Part shown: piece by piece, positions 29,400-40,022 of the stretch
Layout of the letters: each line of letters begins with the position of its first letter
Position numbering within the stretch: the stretch's first letter is position 1
The notes under the pieces: model-generated
Seen by the model: only the letters and a program-made list of their open reading frames with translations
What the model was told of the DNA's origin: nothing
Databases searched by the model: none
From: Bacilli bacterium
GTDB taxonomy: Bacteria > Bacillota_I > Bacilli_A > RF39 > UBA660
Length of the DNA stretch: 61,291 bases
Assembly (NCBI GenBank): GCA_017441065.1
Contig: JAFSAI010000044.1
Location: 1 to 61,291 of the forward strand
Direction: 5' to 3'
Translations under genes and position numbers: made by a program

Positions 29400-31325
29400 A
29401 TGGCAGAAAATAATTTACATTATAGTGATAATGATATTCAAGTATTAGAAGGATTAGAAGCTGTTAGAAAAAGACCTGGTATGTATATTGGTACAACTGA
29501 TGTTAAAGGGTTACATCATCTTGTATGGGAAATTGTTGATAACTCAATAGATGAAGCTTTAGCGGGTTTTTGTAAAAATATTGAAGTTATAATTAATAAA
29601 GACAATTCTATTACAGTAAAAGACGATGGTCGTGGTATTCCTGTAGGAATTCACCCAAAAACAGGAATTTCGACAGTTGAAACAGTTTATACAGTGTTGC
29701 ATGCTGGTGGTAAATTTGGTGGAGGCGGATACAAAGTAAGTGGCGGTCTTCATGGTGTTGGTGCATCAGTTGTTAACGCTTTGTCAAAATGGGTTACAGT
29801 AACTGTATATAAAGATGGAAAAATTTATGAAACTAAATTTGAAAATGGTGGAAAAACGCTTCAAAGATTAGAAATAATTGGTGAATGTGAATTAAATAGA
29901 ACTGGTACTCATGTTACATTTAAACCAGATCCAGAAATATTTGATACAGATATTTATGATTATGAGACTTTAAAAGTAAGAATAAGAGAACTTGCTTTTC
30001 TTAATAGAGGATTATGTCTTACTATTAGAGATGATAGAGATGATGAAGATACAATTGGTGAAAAATTCCTTTATGAAGGTGGAATTAGTGAGTATGTTAA
30101 GTACTTAAATCAAAATAAAACTCCTATTCATAATGAAATTATTCATTTAGATGGTGAAGAAGATGGAATTATGTTTGAAGTTGCAATGCAATATAATTCT
30201 GGATATAACGACAGTATTTATTCATTTGTTAATAATATAAATACCCATGATGGTGGAACTCATGAAGAAGGTGTTAGAAGAGCCTTAACAAGAGTTATTA
30301 ACAACTATGCAAGAAAAACTAACATGTTAAAAGAAAAAGATGATTCTTTAACTGGAGATGATGTTAAAGAAGGTTTAACAATGATAGTATCTTGTAAGCA
30401 TCCAAATCCTCAATTTGAAGGACAAACTAAGGGTAGACTTGGAAATTCTGAGGTTAGAAAGTTAGCTGATAATGTATTCTCTCAAGGATTTGATAGATTC
30501 TTAATGGAAAATCCCGAAGAAGCTAAAATTATTGTTGAAAAAACAATGACTGCAGCAAGAGCAAGAGTAGCCGCTAAGAAAGCTAGAGAATTAACAAGAA
30601 GAAAAAGTGACTTAGATGTTGTCAATTTTGGTGGAAAACTAGAAGATTGTAAGGATAAAGATCCTTCAGTATGTGAAGTATTTATAGTCGAAGGTGATAG
30701 TGCCGGTGGATCTGCTATTAAAGGTAGAGATTCAATGACACAAGCAATATTACCGATAAGAGGTAAAATACTTAATGTTGAAAAAGCAAGACTTGATAGA
30801 GCTCTTTCTAATGAGGAAATAAGAACTATTATTACTGCATTTGGTACTGGAATAGGTCAAGAATTTGATTTAAGTAAACTTAGATATCATAAAATAATAA
30901 TCATGACCGATGCCGATGTCGATGGAGCACATATTAGAGTATTGTTATTAACATTATTCTATAGATTCTTTAAACCAATTGTTGAAGCAGGGCATGTATA
31001 TGCTGCTCAACCTCCACTTTTCTGTATTAAACATGGGAAAACAATAAAATATGTTTTAGATGAAAAGGAAAGAGATGAGTATATAGCATCATTAAATCCT
31101 AATACTAAATACGATATTTCTCGTATGAAAGGTTTAGGTGAAATGGATCCTGAAGAATTAAACGAAACAACAATGGATATTAATAAACGTGTGTTAAGAA
31201 AAATAACAGTAGAAGACGCTATTGAAGCAGATGCTGCATTCTCTAAACTTATGGGTGAAGAAGTAGAACCTAGAAGACAATTTATTGAAGAAAATGCAAA
31301 ATTTGTTGAAAACTTAGATGTTTAG
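29400..31325 (+). CDS. gyrB: DNA gyrase subunit B
   Basis: [27 protein letters not shown]. Confidence 0.98.
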   Translation: MAENNLHYSDNDIQVLEGLEAVRKRPGMYIGTTDVKGLHHLVWEIVDNSIDEALAGFCKNIEVIINKDNSITVKDDGRGIPVGIHPKTGISTVETVYTVLHAGGKFGGGGYKVSGGLHGVGASVVNALSKWVTVTVYKDGKIYETKFENGGKTLQRLEIIGECELNRTGTHVTFKPDPEIFDTDIYDYETLKVRIRELAFLNRGLCLTIRDDRDDEDTIGEKFLYEGGISEYVKYLNQNKTPIHNEIIHLDGEEDGIMFEVAMQYNSGYNDSIYSFVNNINTHDGGTHEEGVRRALTRVINNYARKTNMLKEKDDSLTGDDVKEGLTMIVSCKHPNPQFEGQTKGRLGNSEVRKLADNVFSQGFDRFLMENPEEAKIIVEKTMTAARARVAAKKARELTRRKSDLDVVNFGGKLEDCKDKDPSVCEVFIVEGDSAGGSAIKGRDSMTQAILPIRGKILNVEKARLDRALSNEEIRTIITAFGTGIGQEFDLSKLRYHKIIIMTDADVDGAHIRVLLLTLFYRFFKPIVEAGHVYAAQPPLFCIKHGKTIKYVLDEKERDEYIASLNPNTKYDISRMKGLGEMDPEELNETTMDINKRVLRKITVEDAIEADAAFSKLMGEEVEPRRQFIEENAKFVENLDV

Positions 31326-31338
31326 AAGGGAGTAAAAC

Positions 31339-33783
31339 ATGGATAAAGATAAATTAACAGTAAATAATATTGTAGATGAAATTGAAAAATCCTTTTTAGA
31401 TTATTCCATGAGTGTAATTGTATCTCGTGCTTTACCAGATTTAAGAGACGGTTTAAAACCTGTTCATAGAAGAATTTTATGGTCAATGTATGAGTCTGGT
31501 TATACTCCAGATAAACCACACAAAAAATCAGCTCGTATAGTTGGGGATGTTATGGGTAAATATCACCCACATGGAGATTCAAGTATATATGAAGCAATGG
31601 TTCGTATGGCTCAAGATTTTAGCTATAGAAATGTTTTAGTAGATGGTCACGGAAACTTTGGTAATATTGCTGGAGCTGGAGCTGCAGCTATGCGTTATAC
31701 AGAATCAAGACTTGCTAAAATTTCTTTAGAATTATTAAGAGATATTAACAAAGATACAGTAAATTTCATTCCAAACTTTGATGAATCTGAAAAAGAACCT
31801 GAAATATTGCCTTCTAGATTTCCTAATATTCTTGTTAATGGAACAATGGGAATTGCCGTAGGTATGGCTACAAATATACCTCCACATAATTTAGGAGAAG
31901 TAATTGATGGATGTGTAGCGTATATTGATAATCCGGATATAGATGTTGATGGATTAATGCAACATATTAAAGGTCCAGATTTTCCAACTGGTGGTTTAAT
32001 ATTAGGTAATAGTGGTATTAAAAAGGCTTATGAAACAGGTCGTGGTAGTATTACTATTAGAAGTAAAGCGACTATTGAAGAAAAAGATGGTAAACATTAC
32101 ATAATTGTAGATGAAGTTCCATATGGTGTAAATGTTTCTGATTTAAAAAATAAAGTTGCAGAACTTGTACATAATAAGGTAATTGAAGGAATTGCGGATT
32201 ATCATACAGACTTAAAAAATGGTATTAAAATTACTATAACTTTAAAGAAAGATGCTAATCCACAAGTTGTTCTTAACAATTTGTATAAACACACTCAATT
32301 TCAAGTAAATTACGGAATTATATTCCTAATGATAGATAATAAGGTACCTAGAACTTTAGGTTTAAAAGATATAATCTCTAAATACATTAATTATCAAGAA
32401 GAAGTTATTATAAGACGTACTAGATTTGAATTAGATAAAGCAGAAAAAAGAGTTCATATTCTAGAAGGCTATAAGATTGCTTTAGACAACATAGATGAAG
32501 TTATTAAAATTATTAAAGAATCAGAAACAGATTTATTAGCTAAAGAAAAACTAATGTCAAAATTTGGATTTAGTGAAATTCAAGCTGATAGTATTTTAGA
32601 ATTAAAATTACGTCGATTAACAGGTCTAGAACGAAATAAAATCGAAGAAGAATTAAAAGAATTACTTGCTAAAATTCAAGATTATAGAGCAATTCTTGCT
32701 TCTAGAGAAAGAATTTTGGAAATAATAAAAACAGAATTACTAGAAATTAAAGATAAATACGGTGATGATCGTCGTACTAAAATTGATATGACTGCAGTTG
32801 AATACATTGAAGATGAATCTTTAATTCCTGAAGAAGATGTTATGGTTGTGTTAACTAATAAGGGCTATATTAAGAGAACAACAAATGATACATTTAAAGT
32901 TCAAAATCGAGGAGGTGTTGGTGTTAAAGGTTTAACAACAAACGATGAAGATTATGTTGAACATTTAATTAACTTATCAACTCATGATTATATTATGTTC
33001 TTTACTAATAAAGGTAAAGTTTACCGTATAAAAGGTTATGAAATACCCGAATTTAGTCGTCAATCTAAAGGAATACCAGTAATTAATTTACTTCAAATAG
33101 AAAAAGATGAAAGAATTAATTCAGTTGTTAAAATCAATAAAAATGATGAATATAAATACTTATTATTCGCCACTAAAAAAGGTGTTGTTAAAAAGACTTT
33201 ATTAACTGAATTTGAAAATATTAGAACATCTGGTAAATTATGTATTAGTTTAAATGAAAATGATGAATTATTAGATGTTAAAAAGACTAATGGCGACAAT
33301 ATTATCCTGTTAGGTAGTGATAATGGTAGAATGGTAAAATTTGATGAGAATGAAATCAGAGCCATGGGTAGAACTGCTACTGGTGTAAGAGGAATTAACC
33401 TAGAAGGTGGAAATTGTATTTGTTGTGAAGTTGTTAATGACGATTCAACAATATTATTAGTTACAGAAAAAGGTTACGGAAAACGAACAGAAGTTCGTGA
33501 ATTCAGACAAACAAAACGTGGAAGTAAAGGTGTTTTAGCTCTTAATATCACAGAAAAGAATGGAACTTTGGTATCTGCTAAGTTAGTAGAAAATGATAAG
33601 GATGTAATAATCATGAGTAATGCTGGTATTACAATAAAACTACCAGTTGATCAAATTTCTTTATTAGGAAGAGTTACACAAGGACTTAGATTAATCTCAT
33701 TAAGAGATAATCAAACTGTTGCAACAATTAGTGTTGTTGATAAAATTGAAGTTGATTCAGAGGAATCAAGTTCTGAAAAATAA
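31339..33783 (+). CDS. gyrA: DNA gyrase subunit A
   Basis: [18 protein letters not shown], GyrA-box-like QNRGGVG. Confidence 0.98.
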   Translation: MDKDKLTVNNIVDEIEKSFLDYSMSVIVSRALPDLRDGLKPVHRRILWSMYESGYTPDKPHKKSARIVGDVMGKYHPHGDSSIYEAMVRMAQDFSYRNVLVDGHGNFGNIAGAGAAAMRYTESRLAKISLELLRDINKDTVNFIPNFDESEKEPEILPSRFPNILVNGTMGIAVGMATNIPPHNLGEVIDGCVAYIDNPDIDVDGLMQHIKGPDFPTGGLILGNSGIKKAYETGRGSITIRSKATIEEKDGKHYIIVDEVPYGVNVSDLKNKVAELVHNKVIEGIADYHTDLKNGIKITITLKKDANPQVVLNNLYKHTQFQVNYGIIFLMIDNKVPRTLGLKDIISKYINYQEEVIIRRTRFELDKAEKRVHILEGYKIALDNIDEVIKIIKESETDLLAKEKLMSKFGFSEIQADSILELKLRRLTGLERNKIEEELKELLAKIQDYRAILASRERILEIIKTELLEIKDKYGDDRRTKIDMTAVEYIEDESLIPEEDVMVVLTNKGYIKRTTNDTFKVQNRGGVGVKGLTTNDEDYVEHLINLSTHDYIMFFTNKGKVYRIKGYEIPEFSRQSKGIPVINLLQIEKDERINSVVKINKNDEYKYLLFATKKGVVKKTLLTEFENIRTSGKLCISLNENDELLDVKKTNGDNIILLGSDNGRMVKFDENEIRAMGRTATGVRGINLEGGNCICCEVVNDDSTILLVTEKGYGKRTEVREFRQTKRGSKGVLALNITEKNGTLVSAKLVENDKDVIIMSNAGITIKLPVDQISLLGRVTQGLRLISLRDNQTVATISVVDKIEVDSEESSSEK

Positions 33784-33796
33784 TAAATAAAAAAAT

Positions 33797-33810
33797 ATTT
33801 CCCAGGAAAT
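33797..33810. promoter_or_regulatory. NBS (one mismatch) embedded in the gyrA terminator-like hairpin
   Basis: ATTTCCCAGGAAAT with extended A/T inverted flanks. Confidence 0.75.
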
Positions 33811-33879
33811 ATTTTTTTTATTTGTATTAAACAATTTTTCTAAAGGCATCAATATTTTTATTTTAAAACACAGGAAATT

Positions 33880-33893
33880 ATTTCCCGGGAAAT
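33880..33893. promoter_or_regulatory. NBS
   Basis: ATTTCCCGGGAAAT. Confidence 0.85.
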
Positions 33894-33909
33894 AATTTTG
33901 AGTGTTGAA

Positions 33910-33925
33910 AGTTTCACGTGAAACA
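33910..33925. promoter_or_regulatory. parS site
   Basis: AGTTTCACGTGAAACA (15/16 match to TGTTTCACGTGAAACA). Confidence 0.9.
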
Positions 33926-34239
33926 TTTTTTATGTTGAAAACTTATGTCTTTTTAACAAAATTATTAAAAATTGCCGGCAAAATAAAAAATTTATTAATA
34001 AACCAATTATTTATTTTGAATAAAATAAACATTAAAGATAAAAAATATGTTTGTGAAAATCTTACTAGATATGGCCTTAAATCGCTGGTGATTCATCGCA
34101 AAGATGAAGAATTGTTTGTTTTTGCATTTTTATTTTTGAAAAAACAAAGAAATCCTTTATTTTTCTTAAATAGATAAATTATCCTATTACAACAATTAAA
34201 TATGAGTGTTTAAAACGAAACTAATTATTTTAAATAAAT

Positions 34240-34253
34240 ATTTCCCGGGAAAT
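34240..34253. promoter_or_regulatory. NBS
   Basis: ATTTCCCGGGAAAT. Confidence 0.85.
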
Positions 34254-34274
34254 AAAAAATGTTGAAAATTATGA

Positions 34275-34290
34275 TGTTTCACGTGAAACT
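34275..34290. promoter_or_regulatory. parS site
   Basis: TGTTTCACGTGAAACT (15/16 match). Confidence 0.9.
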
Positions 34291-34348
34291 AATTCAAAAA
34301 CATAAAAATAAGCTTATTTTGATGTCAAAAAACAAAAAATGGATAATT

Positions 34349-34362
34349 ATTTCCCGGGAAAT
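34349..34362. promoter_or_regulatory. NBS
   Basis: ATTTCCCGGGAAAT. Confidence 0.85.
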
Positions 34363-34408
34363 ATCTAAATGAATTGAATTATAAAAACAAATATGCTATT
34401 ATTTTTAT

Positions 34409-34479
34409 GCACAACAAATATATCGTAAACTGGTCAGAGTTGGAAGACAGCAGCCACATCGTTCACTATTTGTGTGTGC
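34409..34479 (+). ncRNA. ffs: Small (4.5S-type) SRP RNA
   Basis: Domain IV GGTCAGAGTT-GGAA-GACAGCAGCC within a GCAC..CAAATA/TATTTG..GTGC closing stem, then a T-run; promoter TTGAAT-17-TATTAT (34374-34402); near tadA-dnaX. Confidence 0.85.
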
Positions 34480-34499
34480 TTTTTTTATGAGGTTATATT

Positions 34500-34916
34500 A
34501 TGACAGAAAAAATTATAGAAACAATGTATAAAGAAGCCGTAAAAGCATACAAAAAAGGTGAAATACCTGTAGGAGCTTTAATAACAAAAAACAACAAAAT
34601 TATTGCTAAATCTCATAATAATAGACAAAAAAAACATAATTTACTAGGTCACGCTGAAATAAATTGTATTTTAAAAGCTGAAAAACGTATAAAAGATTGG
34701 CGATTAGATGAATGTGAAATGTATGTAACATTAAGTCCGTGTTCAATGTGTGAAACTATTATTGAAGAATCAAGATTAAAAAAAGTTCATTTTTTAGTAA
34801 AACAGCATAATTATAACGAAAAAAACTCTAAAATAGTTCAAATTAGTGATCAAAATAATCAAAAAGAAGAATATGAGAAACTTTTAAAAAGTTTTTTTGA
34901 ACGATTAAGAAAATAA
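34500..34916 (+). CDS. tadA: tRNA adenosine deaminase
   Basis: EIPVGA, HAE, PCSMC. Confidence 0.9.
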   Translation: MTEKIIETMYKEAVKAYKKGEIPVGALITKNNKIIAKSHNNRQKKHNLLGHAEINCILKAEKRIKDWRLDECEMYVTLSPCSMCETIIEESRLKKVHFLVKQHNYNEKNSKIVQISDQNNQKEEYEKLLKSFFERLRK

Positions 34917-34969
34917 ATATAAAAAAAGCGATTAATCGTGATATAATATTAATTGAAAGGAATCTCATC

Positions 34970-36529
34970 ATGAATTATAAAGTACTTTATAGAAAATATA
35001 GACCAACAAACTTTGAAAATATAATTGGTCAAGAATATATTGTAAAAACACTAAAAAATTCAATAATTAACAACAATATTTCTCATGCATACATTTTTTC
35101 GGGCCCTAGAGGGACAGGAAAAACTAGTACTGCAAAGGTTTTTTCAAAAGCTATTAATTGCATAGAACATATTGATGGTTCTCCGTGTGAAAAATGTGAA
35201 TTTTGTCTTAATTTTGTAGAAAATCCCGACATTATTGAGATAGATGCTGCTTCAAATAATGGTGTTGATGAAATAAGGGGTTTAATTGATAACATTAAAT
35301 TAACCCCAACAAATGGTAAATATAAAGTTTATATAATCGATGAAGTTCATATGCTAACAACAAGTGCTTTTAATGCTTTATTATTAACATTAGAAGAACC
35401 ACCAGCACATGCAATTTTTATTTTAGCTACGACAAATATAGAAAACGTGCCGATTACTATCTTGTCCAGATGTCAAAGATTTGATTTTCAAAAAATAACA
35501 ATAGAAAATTTAGTAAGTGGGTTAAAAAAAGTTTGTGAAAAAGAAAACATTTCTATAGATGAAGAAGCTTTAACTGAAATAGCTTATTTATCTGAAGGTG
35601 GAATGCGTGATGCCTTAAGTTTATTGGACCAGCTATCGAAAAATGGCCAAAATATCTCATTAGATTTAGTAGAAAAACAAATAAAAACTATTTCACAAAA
35701 AGGAATAAATGAATTAATAGAAACAATTGAAAAAAATGATGTTGAAAATTGTTTAAGACTTATTAACGAATATAGAATTAGAGCTATAGATTATAAGACT
35801 TTAATTAAAAAGGTAATTGATATTTGCAGTTTTAGAGCAAAAAATATCAAGAAAACAGGCCGTATTGTAAGACTTGATTTCAAAGATTATAAAGATTTAA
35901 TTATAAATTTGTCTGATTGTTTAACTAAAATTAACATTAATGTTGAACCATATACAATCATTGAAATGATATTATTAGAATTTTTCAATGTTGAAACCAA
36001 TAATACCGAATCAATAACGATGATAAAAGAAGAGAATAGCAAAAAGATAGAAACAAATGTTCAACAAACAAAAGTTTTTGAAAGTGAAATTGATAATGAT
36101 TTAATAAATATTAGAATTAATAATACATTTGTAAATGCACAAAAAGTGTTCTTAGAAGAAGCTAAAAATGTTATAGATAGTTGTAATAATTCGGTATCAA
36201 TAGATGGAAAAATTAAATCAATTCTGATAGATAGTAATGTTGTAGCAGCATCTGATGAATATGTTATTCTTACTTGTATTAGTGATCACGCTGCTGATAA
36301 TGCTAATAAATTATTAAATGAAATTGAAAAAAGTATTAAAGATAGTTTAAATAAAAAATATAAGTTAGTATTTATATCAGAAGAAAGATGGCAAAAGGAA
36401 AAATCTGATTATATTTTAAATATTAAATCCAATAAAAAGTATGAATATATTGAGGAAGAAGTAACTGAAGAAAGTACTGAACCCATTATAAATGATATAT
36501 TTGATATGTCGAAAGTAGAAATTATTTAA
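34970..36529 (+). CDS. dnaX: DNA polymerase III gamma/tau
   Basis: LYRKYRP, GPRGTGKT, EIDAAS, IIDEVHML, SRCQ. Confidence 0.98.
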   Translation: MNYKVLYRKYRPTNFENIIGQEYIVKTLKNSIINNNISHAYIFSGPRGTGKTSTAKVFSKAINCIEHIDGSPCEKCEFCLNFVENPDIIEIDAASNNGVDEIRGLIDNIKLTPTNGKYKVYIIDEVHMLTTSAFNALLLTLEEPPAHAIFILATTNIENVPITILSRCQRFDFQKITIENLVSGLKKVCEKENISIDEEALTEIAYLSEGGMRDALSLLDQLSKNGQNISLDLVEKQIKTISQKGINELIETIEKNDVENCLRLINEYRIRAIDYKTLIKKVIDICSFRAKNIKKTGRIVRLDFKDYKDLIINLSDCLTKININVEPYTIIEMILLEFFNVETNNTESITMIKEENSKKIETNVQQTKVFESEIDNDLINIRINNTFVNAQKVFLEEAKNVIDSCNNSVSIDGKIKSILIDSNVVAASDEYVILTCISDHAADNANKLLNEIEKSIKDSLNKKYKLVFISEERWQKEKSDYILNIKSNKKYEYIEEEVTEESTEPIINDIFDMSKVEII

Positions 36530-36543
36530 GGAGGTGAAAAATT

Positions 36544-36843
36544 ATGAATATGCAAAATTTAATGGCTCAAGCTCAAAGAATGCAAAGAGAAATAACTGCA
36601 AAAAAAGAAGAACTTGAAAAAATGGAATTTGTAGGTAAATCTGAATGGATAGAAATGACATTTAATGGTGCTAGACAAATATTAAATGTTAAGATTATAA
36701 AAGATGGCGATATTGAAGACGAAGATAAAGAAATATTAGAAGATATGATTCAAATTGCTACAAAAGATGCTTTTATTCAAATAAATAACGCAATGAATGA
36801 TAAATTAGGACAATATGCTGGTGCATTAGATGGGTTAATGTAA
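36544..36843 (+). CDS. YbaB/EbfC nucleoid-associated protein (YaaK)
   Basis: MQNLMAQAQRMQ, EDKEILEDMI; between dnaX and recR. Confidence 0.92.
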   Translation: MNMQNLMAQAQRMQREITAKKEELEKMEFVGKSEWIEMTFNGARQILNVKIIKDGDIEDEDKEILEDMIQIATKDAFIQINNAMNDKLGQYAGALDGLM

Positions 36844-36844
36844 T

Positions 36845-37447
36845 ATGATATATCCTGAATTATTGCAAAAATTGATAAATTTTTATAAAAAATTACCTGG
36901 TATAGGAGATAAATCAGCTGAAAGAATGGCTTTAGCTACATTAGAATTAAAGAAAAATGATGTTGAAGACTTTTCAGAAGCTTTGGTTGATTCTAAAAAT
37001 AATTTAAGAAATTGCAAAATATGTGGACACATTACTGAAAATGAAATATGTCACATATGTAGCAATCCAAATAGAAATCAAAATTTAATATGTGTAATTG
37101 AAGATTATAAAAGTGTTTTTTCTTTTGAAAAAGTGGGAAATTATCAAGGTGTATATCATGTATTAAATGGTTTAATCTCTCCTATGGATGGGACTGGACC
37201 AGAAGATATTAATATTTCATCTTTAGTAAAAAGAGTTGAATCACTAGAAAATCCAGAAATAATTTTGGCATTGAAATCATCAATTGAAGGTGAAACAACA
37301 ACGCTTTATATAAAAAAAATATTTGAAGAAAAGAATGTTACTATATCTAGATTATCATATGGTATACCAATTGGAGCCGAAATAGATTATTTAGATATTA
37401 TAACGTTAGATAAGGCATTAGAAGATAGAAAAAAAATATCAGAATAA
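36845..37447 (+). CDS. recR: Recombination protein RecR
   Basis: LPGIG, C4 zinc finger, YHVL.G.ISP, EGETT. Confidence 0.98.
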   Translation: MIYPELLQKLINFYKKLPGIGDKSAERMALATLELKKNDVEDFSEALVDSKNNLRNCKICGHITENEICHICSNPNRNQNLICVIEDYKSVFSFEKVGNYQGVYHVLNGLISPMDGTGPEDINISSLVKRVESLENPEIILALKSSIEGETTTLYIKKIFEEKNVTISRLSYGIPIGAEIDYLDIITLDKALEDRKKISE

Positions 37448-37484
37448 ATTGAATTATTAAAAATATAATTTATTGGTGATATAT

Positions 37485-37673
37485 ATGAAAAGTAAGCTAG
37501 GTACTATATTAAAAAGATTAGTATTTGCATTTGGTATTATTTATGGAATAAATGTAATGCTTAAAAATGTCGGAATATACATTCCAATTAATATTATTAC
37601 TATTGGAATAACATCTTTTTTAGGAGTACCTGGTTTATTATCATTATTTACAATCTTCTATATAATTAATTAG
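37485..37673 (+). CDS. bofA: Pro-sigmaK processing inhibitor BofA-like (short)
   Basis: IPINIIT...LGVPG; after recR. Confidence 0.8.
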   Translation: MKSKLGTILKRLVFAFGIIYGINVMLKNVGIYIPINIITIGITSFLGVPGLLSLFTIFYIIN

Positions 37674-37683
37674 GAGGTTTATT

Positions 37684-38550
37684 ATAAATAGTAGTGAGTT
37701 AGAAAAATTAATACAGTATTATAAAGATGGTAAATTATCACACGCTTATTTAATCTCTACAAATAATACTAGGAAATGTATGGAAGTTCTTTTAAAAGTC
37801 ATAAAGAACATTTTTTGTAATGAAGAATATTCAGAAGAATGTAAAAAGTGTTCTTTATGCCATTTAATTGATATTAATAGCCTTCCAAGCTTAAAAATTA
37901 TTGAACCAGATGGAAATTTTATTAAAAAAGATCAAATATTAGAACTTAAAAATTTATTTTCTAAAGATTCTCAATATACAAAGGAAAACATATATGTTAT
38001 AAAAAATTGTGAGAAAATGAATAAAGAATCTGCAAATACAATGTTGAAATTTTTAGAAGAACCAGATGGTAATGTAATAGGGTTCTTTATAACAAATCAT
38101 CAAGATAATGTAATGTCAACAATTCAGAGCAGATGCCAACACATAGATATAGTCTTTGATAATGATTTATATGAAGATTTTAATATAGAAGAAGAAAAAT
38201 ATAATGAACTAAAATCCATATTAGATGAATACTTATATAAAATTGAAGTTGATAGAAAAGAACTTATTTTATATAATAAAACTTATTTAACCGGTCTTTC
38301 AAAAGAAGATATAAAAATATTTTTTCAAATATTATTATCAATATATAAAGGTGAGTTAAATAGAAGATATGGGTTAGAAACTAGAGAAAACATGTATGAT
38401 TTTCTAAGCAAAAGTAAAATAAACAACATTATAAAAAAAGTTAATTTAATAATAGAATTACTTAAAGAGATAAATTATAATGTGAATGTAGATTTACTTC
38501 TTGATAGGTTTGTTATAGAAATGGATGGTATTAATAATGAAACTTTATAG
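37684..38550 (+). CDS. holB: DNA polymerase III delta' subunit, probable ATA start
   Basis: AGGAGG + 6 nt + ATA; the 32-codon extension contains KLSHAYLI; C4 motif, ANTMLKFLEEP, TIQSRC. Confidence 0.9.
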   Translation: MNSSELEKLIQYYKDGKLSHAYLISTNNTRKCMEVLLKVIKNIFCNEEYSEECKKCSLCHLIDINSLPSLKIIEPDGNFIKKDQILELKNLFSKDSQYTKENIYVIKNCEKMNKESANTMLKFLEEPDGNVIGFFITNHQDNVMSTIQSRCQHIDIVFDNDLYEDFNIEEEKYNELKSILDEYLYKIEVDRKELILYNKTYLTGLSKEDIKIFFQILLSIYKGELNRRYGLETRENMYDFLSKSKINNIIKKVNLIIELLKEINYNVNVDLLLDRFVIEMDGINNETL

Positions 38551-39325
38551 TGTTATTTTCAAAAGTCATGGTAAAGGATATTATTTTAATGGTGATGATA
38601 ATCTTAATATAAAAGACTATGTAATTGTAGAAACAGAAAAGGGTCTACAATATGGTCAAATAAATAATATTTTAACAGAACCATCAGATAGCGAAAAATA
38701 TAAAAATATTATTAGAATTGCAACAAAAGAAGATGAAAATAACTATCATAATCTATTAAAAGAAAGCTCTAAAGCTTTACAAAAATGTAAGGAATTAGTT
38801 CGTAAATTAGATTTGAATATGAATGTTATTAATGCTGATTTTACTTTTGATAAGACTCAATTAATATTTAGTTTTGTATCCGATGAAAGAGTAGACTTTA
38901 GAGAATTAGCAAAGAAATTAGCTGCAATTTATCATACAAGGATTGAACTTCGTCAAATTGGAGCTCGTGATAAAGCTAAAGAAGTTGGTGGAGTTGGAGT
39001 TTGTGGGCAAAATATCTGCTGCGGTAGATTTTTAGATCATATTGATGCAATATCTATGAATATGGCTAAAAATCAAAATTTAGCTTTAAATCCATCAAAA
39101 ATAAATGGTTTATGTGGAAGATTACTTTGTTGTTTACAATATGAAGATGAAAATTATCAAGAGTGTGGTAAGGGAATGCCTAATGTAGGTAGTACTTATA
39201 AAACACAAAACGGTGAAGGAAAAGTAATAAGTGTTGATATATTAAATCGTAAATGTAAGGTATTAATTGGAAGCAATAAAGAAGAAATAGATTTTGGTGA
39301 AATAGATGCAAATAGTACTAAATGA
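38537..39325 (+). CDS. ricT: RicT/YaaT (PSP1 domain)
   Basis: RVDFRELAK, RIELRQIG, CG..CC motifs. Confidence 0.95.
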   Translation: MKLYSVIFKSHGKGYYFNGDDNLNIKDYVIVETEKGLQYGQINNILTEPSDSEKYKNIIRIATKEDENNYHNLLKESSKALQKCKELVRKLDLNMNVINADFTFDKTQLIFSFVSDERVDFRELAKKLAAIYHTRIELRQIGARDKAKEVGGVGVCGQNICCGRFLDHIDAISMNMAKNQNLALNPSKINGLCGRLLCCLQYEDENYQECGKGMPNVGSTYKTQNGEGKVISVDILNRKCKVLIGSNKEEIDFGEIDANSTK

Positions 39326-40022
39326 TTTATTTGACTATACTAATTTAAAAATATATCAATATGTAGAAGGATTTAAATTTTCTTTAGATTCAATTCTCTT
39401 AGCTGAATTTGTAAAAGTGACTAGTAAAACAAAATCAATTTTAGATTTATGCAGTGGAAATGCTGCAGTACCTATGATTTTATCTACAAAAACAAAGGCA
39501 CAAATTGATGCTTTTGAATTACAAGAAAGTATTTTTAAGTTAGCTAAAAAATCTATTGATTATAATAAATTAGATAAACAAATAACGTTATACAATAGTG
39601 ATATTAAAGAAATAGATAATTATAAAAAAGGTAAAAAGTATGATATAATTACATGCAATCCACCTTATTTTAAAGTGGAAGATAATGAACATATAAATGA
39701 TACTGAAGTATTAGCTATAGCTAGACATGAATTAAAAATTAATTTAGAAGATATTTTTATGATTTCATCAAATCATTTAGATGACAAAGGTGAATTTTAT
39801 TTAGTTCATCGTGTATCTCGTTTAGATGAAATTATAATTTTAGGAAATAAATATAATTTAAATGTTAAGAATGTAGAACTTATTAAAACAAAAGATAATG
39901 GTAAGCCATATATTGTTTTGGTAAGATGTATAAAGAATTCTAAATTAGGAATAAAAGTAAATTCTGAAAAAAATATAGGGAACTTAAAAACATATCAAAA
40001 CATGTTCAAGGAGGAATTATGA
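39306..40022 (+). CDS. tRNA1(Val) A37 N6-methyltransferase (YabB-like)
   Basis: FSLDSILLA, DLCSGN, CNPPYF, ARHE. Confidence 0.9.
   Translation: MQIVLNDLFDYTNLKIYQYVEGFKFSLDSILLAEFVKVTSKTKSILDLCSGNAAVPMILSTKTKAQIDAFELQESIFKLAKKSIDYNKLDKQITLYNSDIKEIDNYKKGKKYDIITCNPPYFKVEDNEHINDTEVLAIARHELKINLEDIFMISSNHLDDKGEFYLVHRVSRLDEIIILGNKYNLNVKNVELIKTKDNGKPYIVLVRCIKNSKLGIKVNSEKNIGNLKTYQNMFKEEL

Noticed and set aside
31560-31600. Fluoroquinolone-resistance mutation in the GyrA QRDR
   Set aside because: Ser and Glu at the two hotspot positions (HGDSSIYE) are wild-type-like
34092-34108. Small hairpin TTCATC-gcaaa-GATGAA as part of an ncRNA
   Set aside because: An isolated 6-bp stem with no promoter/terminator context; insufficient support
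33902-34177. 91-aa ORF in the gyrA-ffs spacer
   Set aside because: No RBS and no recognisable motifs; it runs through a parS site and is most likely a chance frame in regulatory DNA
33790-34365. Repeated palindromes as a CRISPR array or REP/MITE element
   Set aside because: Repeats are 14-16 bp, irregularly spaced, and match known NBS/parS consensus; no cas genes are present
33784-34400. rRNA operon expected after gyrA by analogy to B. subtilis
   Set aside because: No rRNA or tRNA-like sequence is present
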